A stretch of DNA of 64,000 bases from assembly GCA_009779405.1 (NCBI GenBank), contig WREI01000004.1:52-64051 (forward strand), in the 5' to 3' direction. Below are positions 55,255 through 64,000 of the stretch, one piece after another. Below the pieces are notes generated by a model. It was not told where the DNA came from and made no database searches. It saw only the letters and a program-made list of their open reading frames with translations. Made by a program: the position numbers and the translations under genes. The DNA comes from Clostridiales bacterium (GTDB taxonomy: Bacteria; Bacillota; Clostridia; Christensenellales; CAG-138). Within the stretch, counting starts at the first letter, position 1. Every line of letters begins with the position of its first letter.

Positions 55255-57183
55255 CTCCTCCCCGCTCTCCTCATACTCCTCGATGCTCTTCAGCAGCGCA
55301 AGCTTTGCTTCCGCGATGTTTTGGCCCCGCATCTGCGCGCCGGCCATGTTGAGGTGGCCGCCGCCGCCCAGGCGTTCCAATATGATTTGGACGTTTATCC
55401 CGCCGTAGCTTCGGCCGGAGATGGCGACGGCGTTGCTCTCATAGCCGAGGACGAAGGCCGCCTTGACGCCGCGTATGTCGAGCAGGGCGTCCGCCGCGCG
55501 CGCGGCCAATATCTTGGTATCCGCCACTTCGCCGCAGTCGGAGACCGCGATGCCGCTGTCGCGCACATAGGCGCGCCGCACCACCTCGCCGCAGGCCAGG
55601 TAACCGTCCAGATCGTATTGGAACATGAGTTTGACCGTTGCGAGGTCGGCGCCGTTGCGGCGCAGATAGCCTGCGGCCTCGAACGTGCGCCCGCCCGTGT
55701 TGAACGCGAACTGTTTGGTATCGACCGTGATGCCCGCCAAGAGCGCGCTGCATGTGAAGGCCGTGGGGCGCAGGGTCTCGTCGAAATATTGCATAACCTC
55801 GGTCACCATCTCGGAGGCCGAGGAAGCGCGGGACTCGGTATAATAGAGTGTCGCGCCCTCGATAAAGTCCGCGCTGCGGCGGTGGTGGTCTATGATCGCG
55901 ATATGCTTGCTGCGCCCGATAAATTCCGGCGCGACCGTCGTGTTCGCGCGCTGGGTGTCCACGACCACGAGCACGGAGTTGCCGCGCAGGAGCGACGCCG
56001 CCTGTTCGGGCGTTTTCAAAAGCCGACGCGACAGGCCCTCGCGCTCCATATGTTCCAGCGCATCGGAGATCGTGGGGTTGGGGCCGTCGAGTATGATGCT
56101 GACCCGCTTGCCGACGTGCATTGCGCAGGCGGCTATGCCGAGCGCCGCGCCGATGCAGTCCATATCGGAATATTTATGGCCCATGATAAAGACGTCGCCG
56201 CCGTTCTCAAAGAGCTGGTGCAGGGCGCGGGCGAACTGGCGCGCGCGCACGCGGGAGCGGTTGCTGTCCAACTGGCGCTTGCCGCCATAGAAACGATAGT
56301 CCGCGCCCGCCTTGACGACCGCCTGGTCGCCGCCGCGGCCCAATGCCAGCTCCATGGCCGAGCGCGCGGCCTCCTCGCTGTCGGACAATTGGTTCGCCAC
56401 GCCCACGGCGATGGATAAGGATAAGAATCCACCGCTGCCCGTTTCGATTTTCCGCGCTTCCTGCAACACCGTGAATTTCTCGGCTTCCAATTCTTCCAAC
56501 TGCTTGGCGGCGATGGCGCAGAAATATTTGCCCGTTGCGATGCGCCGATATATGCCCCCCAAGCGCGCGCAGAGCTCGGCGACCAAGCGCTCCGCCTGCG
56601 CGAGTACGGCGGTGCTTGCGATCTGGGTGTCGCCCGACAGCTCCTCGAAATTATCGACATAGATGAGCATGCAATAGGGCATCTGCTCGGTATAAAGCCG
56701 CTGGTAATGCACGGCTTCCGTGCGGTCTAACCAATATTGGAAGACGAGCCGCGTCTTCGCCGAGGGGCGCTGGAGCGGCATCTGCATAACCTGATAGGTC
56801 GCGCCGTGGTGGTTCAACTGCTGTGCCAGTGCCGTACCCGTCAGGAAATTCGGCAGCACGGCTTGGATGTTCTTGCCCATAAACAGCTCCGCCATGGCCT
56901 TGTTGCGCCAGAGCACGCGGCCCGAATCCTGCATGATCAGCGCGGGGACGGAGACATCGTTTATGATGCGCCGCGCCGCGTCCCTATTTTCGGCGGCGAC
57001 GCGGTTCATCAGGCGCTCCTGTTTGACGTTCACATGGCGCAGGCGAAGGAAGACATAGAGCATGCAGAGCAGGCTCAGCCCCGCCGCGCCCAGCCCCCAA
57101 TAGAGCTGCCAATAGGCAAGCGCGCCGGAGATGGCCAGCAGCAGGATGAACAGGACGGAGATAACGCCGCGGTAATTCTTCAT
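55249..57183 (-). CDS. gdpP: c-di-AMP phosphodiesterase GdpP (PAS, degenerate GGDEF, DHH/DHHA1)
   Basis: 2 TM, LGRGGDQAVV, MGH..DMD, VVDT, IDHHR, GGGGH; conserved yybS-gdpP-rplI-dnaB order. Confidence 0.93.
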   Translation of the reverse strand: MKNYRGVISVLFILLLAISGALAYWQLYWGLGAAGLSLLCMLYVFLRLRHVNVKQERLMNRVAAENRDAARRIINDVSVPALIMQDSGRVLWRNKAMAELFMGKNIQAVLPNFLTGTALAQQLNHHGATYQVMQMPLQRPSAKTRLVFQYWLDRTEAVHYQRLYTEQMPYCMLIYVDNFEELSGDTQIASTAVLAQAERLVAELCARLGGIYRRIATGKYFCAIAAKQLEELEAEKFTVLQEARKIETGSGGFLSLSIAVGVANQLSDSEEAARSAMELALGRGGDQAVVKAGADYRFYGGKRQLDSNRSRVRARQFARALHQLFENGGDVFIMGHKYSDMDCIGAALGIAACAMHVGKRVSIILDGPNPTISDALEHMEREGLSRRLLKTPEQAASLLRGNSVLVVVDTQRANTTVAPEFIGRSKHIAIIDHHRRSADFIEGATLYYTESRASSASEMVTEVMQYFDETLRPTAFTCSALLAGITVDTKQFAFNTGGRTFEAAGYLRRNGADLATVKLMFQYDLDGYLACGEVVRRAYVRDSGIAVSDCGEVADTKILAARAADALLDIRGVKAAFVLGYESNAVAISGRSYGGINVQIILERLGGGGHLNMAGAQMRGQNIAEAKLALLKSIEEYEESGEER

Positions 57184-58148
57184 GATGGATCTCCCTTCGG
57201 GGGCTCAATGGGCCGTCTCGAACTGCCGAGTATGGCCAAAAATGAGAGTAAATACAGCACGAAACTCGGAAGGAGCGCGAGACCGACGCAGAATACGACA
57301 AAGAGCCAGCGCTTTTTGTCTGTCATATGCCAGAGCATGGACAGGCCCACGAGACCAGTGGGCAGGAGGAAGAGCAATTGCGCGATGCCGATAAAGGCGG
57401 TCGCGCCATCCAGCTCGAGGAACATCAGAATGACGGATACGACCAACAGACCCAGCAGCGCGTGCAGGATGGGCCGCGGGCAGCGCCAGGTTCCGAATTT
57501 GTGCAAGGGGCAGAGCTCTGCCCGTTTTTTGCGCCCGTTCAGCGCATGCATAAACAGAGTGTTGCTCAGCGCACAGAGCGCGGCGACGGCATAGAGGACG
57601 GGCAGGAGCAATTGCACCAGCTCCTTGGCCGGGGGTAGTGCGCTTAGGTACTCCCGATAAAATCTTGCGTTTGCGGGATCGAAAAGGATCAGTTGGCCGA
57701 GACCCTCGCGCGCCCAGGACAGCATGCGCTCCGCCCAAGGGGTGACGTGGCCATACATGCCGCCGCCCGCAATCATGGAGGGCAGGCAGACCACGCCGAA
57801 GAAGACGGCAAAGAAGATGATGCTCCCGTAAAAGGTGCAGAGGAAGTTGCCGAAGCGGTATTTTTGCAATGCGTACAGAGCTAAGGTGGGGATCAGAACG
57901 AGAAGCAGCGGGTAAATGCTCTCCACCAAATACAGACAGCGCGCCGCGCCCGCGCCCAGCGCAAGGACGGCAAAGAGCAGCAGCGACCAAGCCTTCGTCC
58001 GATACGCCGCAAAGACGAGTATGGCGGGAACCAGAAGCAGCGCGGGCAAAAACAGCGCGCCCGCCACCGCGGCCAAACAGCCCCAAAACAGCCAAATCCA
58101 CGCAGGCGGCGCCGCGGGCGTCTCCCGTTTTTCGATAATCTCTTCCAT
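57180..58148 (-). CDS. yybS: YybS/DUF2232 family membrane protein
   Basis: Multi-TM protein with F..W..P motif; position upstream of gdpP. Confidence 0.7.
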   Translation of the reverse strand: MEEIIEKRETPAAPPAWIWLFWGCLAAVAGALFLPALLLVPAILVFAAYRTKAWSLLLFAVLALGAGAARCLYLVESIYPLLLVLIPTLALYALQKYRFGNFLCTFYGSIIFFAVFFGVVCLPSMIAGGGMYGHVTPWAERMLSWAREGLGQLILFDPANARFYREYLSALPPAKELVQLLLPVLYAVAALCALSNTLFMHALNGRKKRAELCPLHKFGTWRCPRPILHALLGLLVVSVILMFLELDGATAFIGIAQLLFLLPTGLVGLSMLWHMTDKKRWLFVVFCVGLALLPSFVLYLLSFLAILGSSRRPIEPPKGDPS

Positions 58149-58245
58149 GAGGACATTGTATATAGTTTTGCGGGAGAAGTCAAATCAGTTCTCCACGCCA
58201 AACGCATGAATGATCAATCATGAACGAAATGAGGGGTTTATAAAC

Positions 58246-58337
58246 CGTAGGGGCAATATATCGCCCTGATGGAGTACATGAATGATGTTTCAGGGCGAAT
58301 CGCAATTCGCCCTGCGCGACTGTATCGCGCCCCTACA
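58246..58337. repeat. GTAG-type REP doublet with inner hairpin
   Basis: CGTAGGGGCAATATATCGCCC ... CAGGGCGAAT/ATTCGCCCTG ... ATCGCGCCCCTACA. Confidence 0.7.
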
Positions 58338-58415
58338 GGGTTAAGCGCCCTGTTTATTCGTTCGTTTGGCGTGAAAAAACGCCCCCGCGCGTGAGGCGTC
58401 CTTGTTGGGAATTGC

Positions 58416-60257
58416 TTAGAGTACGGTGATGATATTGGCCAACCAGCGCAGTATCTTTGCGGCGTCCTCGGCGGTGATTGCAGCGCGGTTGGGGGCGCCC
58501 GGCGTCACGTCCGTTACCTCGGCGTTGATTGCCCCCCGGTCGCTGAGCTCCGACAGGCCCGCGAGGAAGCGCAGGATGGCCGCCGCGTCGGCGGCGTCGA
58601 CGTATCCGCTCACGTCCGCGTCTCCGCGCAGGGGCACCGGCCCGACGGCGTTTTCAAATTCGCAGATGAAGCCGAAATACCGGTAATTCTCGACGTCGTG
58701 CCAGCCCCTTCCGACTTCTGCGCTCAGCCAGCCAAAGTTCTGGTATCCAAACGTATTGGAAGGTTCGGGCGCGGGTTCAAGTGTGCACCAATTTGCATAC
58801 GAAAACGGTTCTCCCGTTATCCAACGCCATTCTCCCTCACTTTCTTCATCGGTCAATCCAATATAGTATCCAATCATGGGATCTTCCGGCAGTTTCGTCT
58901 TTGTGACCATCTGCGCCACGGCGGCTTGTTCCTCCGCAGAGGTAATCGTCGCCAAATGGCCGCCTATGCTTTCGCAGTATGCCTTGGCATCCTTCCATGT
59001 CAGCTGCTGCTCGAAAAGGTGGTATTCGTTGTTGCCATAACTTGCAATTTGCGAGGGCGCGAACGCGGAAGCGTCAATTTCTACGATAAGGCCACTCTTG
59101 GGGGTTGCAATACACCCGTTTGCAAAATCATTCATAAGCCCGTCGGACTTATAGATTCCGCCAAAATCTTCTGTTCCCCAACCGGTGCCGTCGGTGTTAT
59201 CCGGCTGACCGGGGCGCCAAGGCCTGTAGGCATCGGTCTCTCCCGTGCTCCACCAATACCACTTCCCTTCGCTGCCCGAATCCGTCGCATCCGTCCAATA
59301 CCATTCCTTGCTTCCGTAGGCCATCAAATTGACGAGTTGCTGCCATTCCGCAACATTGTTGATGGTGACCAAGTGGCCGCCCGTTGCGCTGGCGAGGCTC
59401 CTTGCATGCCCTATGTCCATACTGAGGTCATACAAGGAATAGATGTGGTCGTTATAGACGATGGTTTTCTTGGGAATATAGTCCGCTTTCACGACATTGA
59501 TTATAAAATGGGCCGCGTCGGAGATTCCTCCCGGACCGTGCGATTTCATGTAGAAATCATACCGGCCCGGTTCCGCAAGGTTGAAGTTGTAATACGTTCC
59601 GCTCGTCCACCCACTATTGAACAGAGCCGCTTGGTACCAAATTTCATAAGAGAAAACGGTTGTATTCGCCGGCATGTTCCAAGTTAGAACGGTAAGCTCC
59701 CCCAAGATAAGATTGGACGTCCCCGTAACGGTGGGCTTGGCGGGAGGGGGGACAGCATTTGCGAAGTTCGGGCGAATATACGCGCTGATATTGGATGTGC
59801 TTTTCGTATAGGTTCTGGCCGCGACCTGTGACCAGTTGCACTCCACTGTCGTCAAACTGCTTCCGTTCACTGCGACGACTATGCCCACATGCCCGTATTC
59901 CCCCGCACCGCCCTGATATGCGTTCATCACAAACACATCGCCCGGGGCGGGATTGGAATAAACGCGCTGCCATCCGCTTGGGAGTGCGTTCGTCAAATAA
60001 TCCTTCCCGTTTCCCGCGACGGGGGAAACACCCAGATAGCTGTAATATGCCTTCGTCAGGTCTACGCATTGGCACCCATATACGCCGTCAAAATCCACGG
60101 CCCAGCCCTCCGCCGCGCGGGCGTTTGCCCACGCAACGCCCTCCGCCTGCGTTTTGCTTGTCGCCAAAGCCGTTTGGGGGTTTATCAGCATAAATCCCAA
60201 GGAAAACAATGCCGCAATCAGCAGGCAGGCAAGCTTTTTCAAATGAAACTTCTTCAT
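58416..60257 (-). CDS. Secreted CHAP-domain hydrolase with two C-type lectin domains and a dockerin-like C-terminus
   Basis: DFDGVYGCQCVDL, YGHVGIV; GGHL.TI twice, IGLTD...EG.W.W, QPD and EPS motifs; GDADVSGYVDAADA. Confidence 0.85.
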   Translation of the reverse strand: MKKFHLKKLACLLIAALFSLGFMLINPQTALATSKTQAEGVAWANARAAEGWAVDFDGVYGCQCVDLTKAYYSYLGVSPVAGNGKDYLTNALPSGWQRVYSNPAPGDVFVMNAYQGGAGEYGHVGIVVAVNGSSLTTVECNWSQVAARTYTKSTSNISAYIRPNFANAVPPPAKPTVTGTSNLILGELTVLTWNMPANTTVFSYEIWYQAALFNSGWTSGTYYNFNLAEPGRYDFYMKSHGPGGISDAAHFIINVVKADYIPKKTIVYNDHIYSLYDLSMDIGHARSLASATGGHLVTINNVAEWQQLVNLMAYGSKEWYWTDATDSGSEGKWYWWSTGETDAYRPWRPGQPDNTDGTGWGTEDFGGIYKSDGLMNDFANGCIATPKSGLIVEIDASAFAPSQIASYGNNEYHLFEQQLTWKDAKAYCESIGGHLATITSAEEQAAVAQMVTKTKLPEDPMIGYYIGLTDEESEGEWRWITGEPFSYANWCTLEPAPEPSNTFGYQNFGWLSAEVGRGWHDVENYRYFGFICEFENAVGPVPLRGDADVSGYVDAADAAAILRFLAGLSELSDRGAINAEVTDVTPGAPNRAAITAEDAAKILRWLANIITVL

Positions 60258-60425
60258 AAAATGTTTTCTCCCTAAATTATTTGGAACGCGGCTTCGCAAA
60301 GGTACACATAAACGAAGTCCGTCATTTGTCGACGAGAAACGACAATATGGGCTGTTTTTGGTATGAATTACTGTGAATTGTGTTGACTTAGCGCGGCTAT
60401 GCCACTATAATTCTCTATAATAAGC

Positions 60426-60454
60426 GACTTCGGAAACCTGTACATTTCCGAAGT

Positions 60455-60455
<1 letters not shown>
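60426..60455. terminator. Hairpin at the resolvase 3' end
   Basis: GACTTCGGAAA-N8-TTTCCGAAGTC perfect 11-bp stem. Confidence 0.5.
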
Positions 60456-61069
<614 letters not shown>

Positions 61070-61096
61070 TCACTCCTTTTTCTCTGTATTGTATGT

Positions 61097-61136
61097 AAAA
61101 AACAGCGTTTCCCCAGTTGGAAAAACGCTGTTTTTT
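61097..61136 (-). terminator. lepA terminator (bidirectional-type)
   Basis: AAAAAACAGCGTTT ... AAACGCTGTTTTTT. Confidence 0.7.
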
Positions 61137-61153
61137 ATGATATTACGAACTAC

Positions 61154-62956
61154 CTACCCATCAATCCGCAGCACGCTCATAAACGCGTCGCTCGGCACGG
61201 ACACGCTACCTACCTGGCGCATACGTTTCTTGCCCTCTTTCTGCTTTTCCAAGAGCTTTTTTTTGCGGGTGATGTCGCCGCCGTAGCATTTTGCCAGGAC
61301 GTCTTTGCGGACGGCGCGGACGGTTTCGCGGGCGATGATTTTGCTGCCGATGGCCGCCTGCACGGGGATTTCAAACTGCTGGCGGGGGATGACGTCGCGC
61401 AGTTTTTCGGCGACGGCGCGGCCCTTGGCATAGGCCCTGTCCTTGTGCACGATGATGGAGAGCGCGTCGCAGATATCGCCGTTGAGCAGGAAGTCCAGCT
61501 TGACGAGGTCGCTCTTTTGGTAGCCCGAGAGTTCGTAGTCGAAGGAAGCATAGCCGCGGCTGCGGCTTTTTAACTGGTCGAAGAAATCATAGATGATCTC
61601 GTTCAGCGGCAGGATATAGTGCAGGGTTACGCGGTCGCTGCTGGGATAGACCATATCCTTATACTCGCCGCGCTTGTTTGTGCAGAGCTCCATAATCGGG
61701 CCGACATAGGTCGTGGGCGTCATAATCGTCGCCTTGACGACCGGCTCCTCCATAAACTGGATCTCCGTGACGGGCGGGAGGTTGCTGGGGTTGTCGATCA
61801 GATCCTCCGTGTCGTCGGTCTTGTGCACGCGGTAGATGACCGAGGGCGAGGTGGTGATGAGGTCGAGGTCGAACTCGCGCTCCAAGCGCTCCGTGATGAT
61901 CTCCATATGCAGCAGACCCAAAAAGCCGCAGCGGAAGCCATAGCCCAGCGCGGCGGAGGTCTCCTTTTCATAGTGAAGGGAGGCGTCGTTCAATTGCAGC
62001 TTGTCGAGCGACTCGCGCAGGTCGTCATAGTGCGCGCCGTCCGCCGGATAGATGCCGCAGAAGACCATGCTGTTGGCCTGCTTATAGCCTGGCAGCGGTT
62101 TGGCGGCAGGGCGATCGGCGTCCGTCCAGGTGTCGCCCACCTTGGTATCGGCCACGCTCTTGATGCTCGCGGCGATATAGCCCACGTCCCCGGCGCGCAG
62201 GGTGTCCACGGGGCGCAGGGTGGGGGAAAACACGCCCACCTCGGTCACGTCGAAGGTTCGGCCTGTGGCCATCGAGAGGATGCGGCTGCCCGCGCGGACG
62301 GCGCCGTCAAACACGCGCACATAGGAGAGCGCGCCCTTATAGTTGTCATAGATGCAGTCGAAAATCAGGGCCGTCAGCGGGGCGTCCGCATCGCCTGTCG
62401 GCGGCGGCACCAGATCGACGATCTGGGCCAGCACCTCCTCGATGCCGATGCCGTTCTTGGCGGAGATGCGCGGGGCCGTATCGGCGGGCAGGCCGATAAC
62501 GTCCTCGATCTCGGCGGCCACGCGCTCGGCGTCGGCGGAGATAAGGTCGATCTTGTTGATGACGGGCATAATCTCGAGACCGCCGTCCAGCGCGAGATAG
62601 ACGTTGGCCAAGGTCTGGGCCTCGATGCCCTGCGTGGCGTCGACGACGAGCACCGCGCCCTCGCAGGCGGCCAGCGCGCGCGAGACCTCATAGGTGAAGT
62701 CCACGTGTCCGGGCGTGTCGATCAGGTTGAACGCGTATTGTTGCCCGTCCGTATGCGTATACTGCATGCGCACGGCGGAGGCCTTGATGGTGATGCCGCG
62801 CTCGCGCTCAATGTCCATGGAGTCGAGCAATTGCTCGGCCATATCGCGCTGCTGCACGGTATCGGTCAGCTCGATCATGCGGTCGGCCAGCGTGCTCTTG
62901 CCGTGGTCTATATGTGCGATGATGCAAAAATTGCGGATGTAGTTTTGGTCGTGCAT
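61154..62956 (-). CDS. lepA: Elongation factor 4
   Basis: [39 protein letters not shown]. Confidence 0.98.
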   Translation of the reverse strand: MHDQNYIRNFCIIAHIDHGKSTLADRMIELTDTVQQRDMAEQLLDSMDIERERGITIKASAVRMQYTHTDGQQYAFNLIDTPGHVDFTYEVSRALAACEGAVLVVDATQGIEAQTLANVYLALDGGLEIMPVINKIDLISADAERVAAEIEDVIGLPADTAPRISAKNGIGIEEVLAQIVDLVPPPTGDADAPLTALIFDCIYDNYKGALSYVRVFDGAVRAGSRILSMATGRTFDVTEVGVFSPTLRPVDTLRAGDVGYIAASIKSVADTKVGDTWTDADRPAAKPLPGYKQANSMVFCGIYPADGAHYDDLRESLDKLQLNDASLHYEKETSAALGYGFRCGFLGLLHMEIITERLEREFDLDLITTSPSVIYRVHKTDDTEDLIDNPSNLPPVTEIQFMEEPVVKATIMTPTTYVGPIMELCTNKRGEYKDMVYPSSDRVTLHYILPLNEIIYDFFDQLKSRSRGYASFDYELSGYQKSDLVKLDFLLNGDICDALSIIVHKDRAYAKGRAVAEKLRDVIPRQQFEIPVQAAIGSKIIARETVRAVRKDVLAKCYGGDITRKKKLLEKQKEGKKRMRQVGSVSVPSDAFMSVLRIDG

Positions 62957-62972
62957 GTTACCTCGTGTTGTT

Positions 62973-64000
62973 TCAGTTTTCTTTGAGATTCAGGAAGCCT
63001 ATGCCGTTTTCGCCGAGGACTTGGACGGGGGTGGCGCTGTCGTTGTATGTTCCATCACCGAGTTGGCCCTTTTCGTTGTATCCCCAAGTCCAAACCGTGC
63101 CGTCGGATTTCAGGGCAACTGCGTGGAGGAATCCCGCCGCGATTGCTGTTACACCGCTTAAGCCCTCCACTTGCACAGGGGTAATTTGCTTGTCGTATTC
63201 TCCGTCTTCGCGCTGATTGCCCTTACTCGCCCCCCACATCCAAACCGTGCCATCGGATTTTAGGACTAACGTAAAAGTGTTCCCTGCAGCGATTGCTACA
63301 ACCTTACTCAAATTCTGTACAAGCACTGGGGTTTGGCTATTGGTGAATGTTCCATCTCCGAGTTGGCCAAAAAAATTATTCCCCCAGGTCCAAACCGTGC
63401 CATCGGATTTGAGAGCAACCGTATGGCTGACTCCCGTAGCGACTGCCACAACGTTGTTTAGATTTTGCACTTGCGCGGGGGTATGGCGATCAGCGCCTGC
63501 ACTCTCGCCAAGCTGTACGCCAGTATGCCTCCCCCACTCCCAAACCGTACCATCGGATTTGAGGGCAACCGTATGATCGCCATCCGCTGCAATCGCCGTC
63601 ACGCGATTAAGGTTCCGCACCTGCACAGGTGTAGTGCGATTATCGGTACTGCCATCGCCAAGCTGACCATATTCACTATGCCCCCAAGCCCAAACCTTAC
63701 CGTTGGTTTTTAGGGCTACTGTATACCTGTGCCCTGCGGCAATTGCTGTTACGTTGCTTAACCCTATTACTTGTTCCGGGCCGGCGTAAGCTTCTATAAG
63801 TCGATCAAACGGATCGCCGGATTTTTCATTGCCGAGTTGACCATCCCGATAGTTCCCCCAAGTCCAAACCGTGCCATCGGATTTGAGAGCAACAGTATGG
63901 CGATCCCCTGCCGAGACTGCCACAACGCCGCTTATATCATTCGCTTGCACAGGGATATATCGATCGATGTTTGTACCATCTCCAAGTTGGCGATATATAT
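62973..64000 (-). CDS. RCC1/BLIP-II repeat protein (5' end beyond the window)
   Basis: About six [19 protein letters not shown]....GQLG repeats; the repeat pattern continues toward the edge. Confidence 0.88.
   Translation of the reverse strand, partial: IYRQLGDGTNIDRYIPVQANDISGVVAVSAGDRHTVALKSDGTVWTWGNYRDGQLGNEKSGDPFDRLIEAYAGPEQVIGLSNVTAIAAGHRYTVALKTNGKVWAWGHSEYGQLGDGSTDNRTTPVQVRNLNRVTAIAADGDHTVALKSDGTVWEWGRHTGVQLGESAGADRHTPAQVQNLNNVVAVATGVSHTVALKSDGTVWTWGNNFFGQLGDGTFTNSQTPVLVQNLSKVVAIAAGNTFTLVLKSDGTVWMWGASKGNQREDGEYDKQITPVQVEGLSGVTAIAAGFLHAVALKSDGTVWTWGYNEKGQLGDGTYNDSATPVQVLGENGIGFLNLKEN

Noticed and set aside
26779-60257. Diversity-generating retroelement (Avd-like four-helix proteins plus C-type lectin domains)
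   Set aside because: No reverse transcriptase and no TR/VR pair differing only at adenines was seen; the lectin domains are internal and animal-type

Overview
A 64 kb chromosomal segment from a fairly GC-rich anaerobic Firmicute, probably a Clostridia member (judged from gene content: Spo0A-like proteins, dockerin-like domains, the yybS-gdpP-rplI-dnaB order). It holds: (i) a lysine-fermentation pathway (kal-kce-kdd-kamA-kamD-kamE, atoD-atoA on the minus strand) headed by a sigmaA promoter and a lysine riboswitch whose architecture indicates an ON switch, with the kamB-kamC reactivase pair displaced about 18 kb away on the opposite strand; (ii) a sugar ABC transporter with a SBP/YesM/YesN-type regulator and an internally duplicated binding protein; (iii) accessory genes: radical SAM/SPASM trio, luxE-luxC without luciferase, BlaI/M56, yefM-yoeB, two atypical Spo0A-like genes, dockerin-bearing secreted proteins, a resolvase, an IS630 relic and an RCC1-repeat protein; (iv) housekeeping genes: three tRNAs, cysS, dnaB, rplI, gdpP, yybS, lepA. 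The most striking unexplained structure is a dispersed family of inverted repeats built from 7-bp units at gene junctions. Two of them bracket a four-helix-bundle (23S rRNA-IVS protein/Avd-like) gene and six are gene-less. They often supply the upstream stop codon and end near the next RBS, suggesting a transposase-free intervening-sequence-like element in mRNA and tRNA precursors. A separate GTAG-type REP family also supplies stop codons to several genes. All calls are by eye from motifs; no database searches were run.
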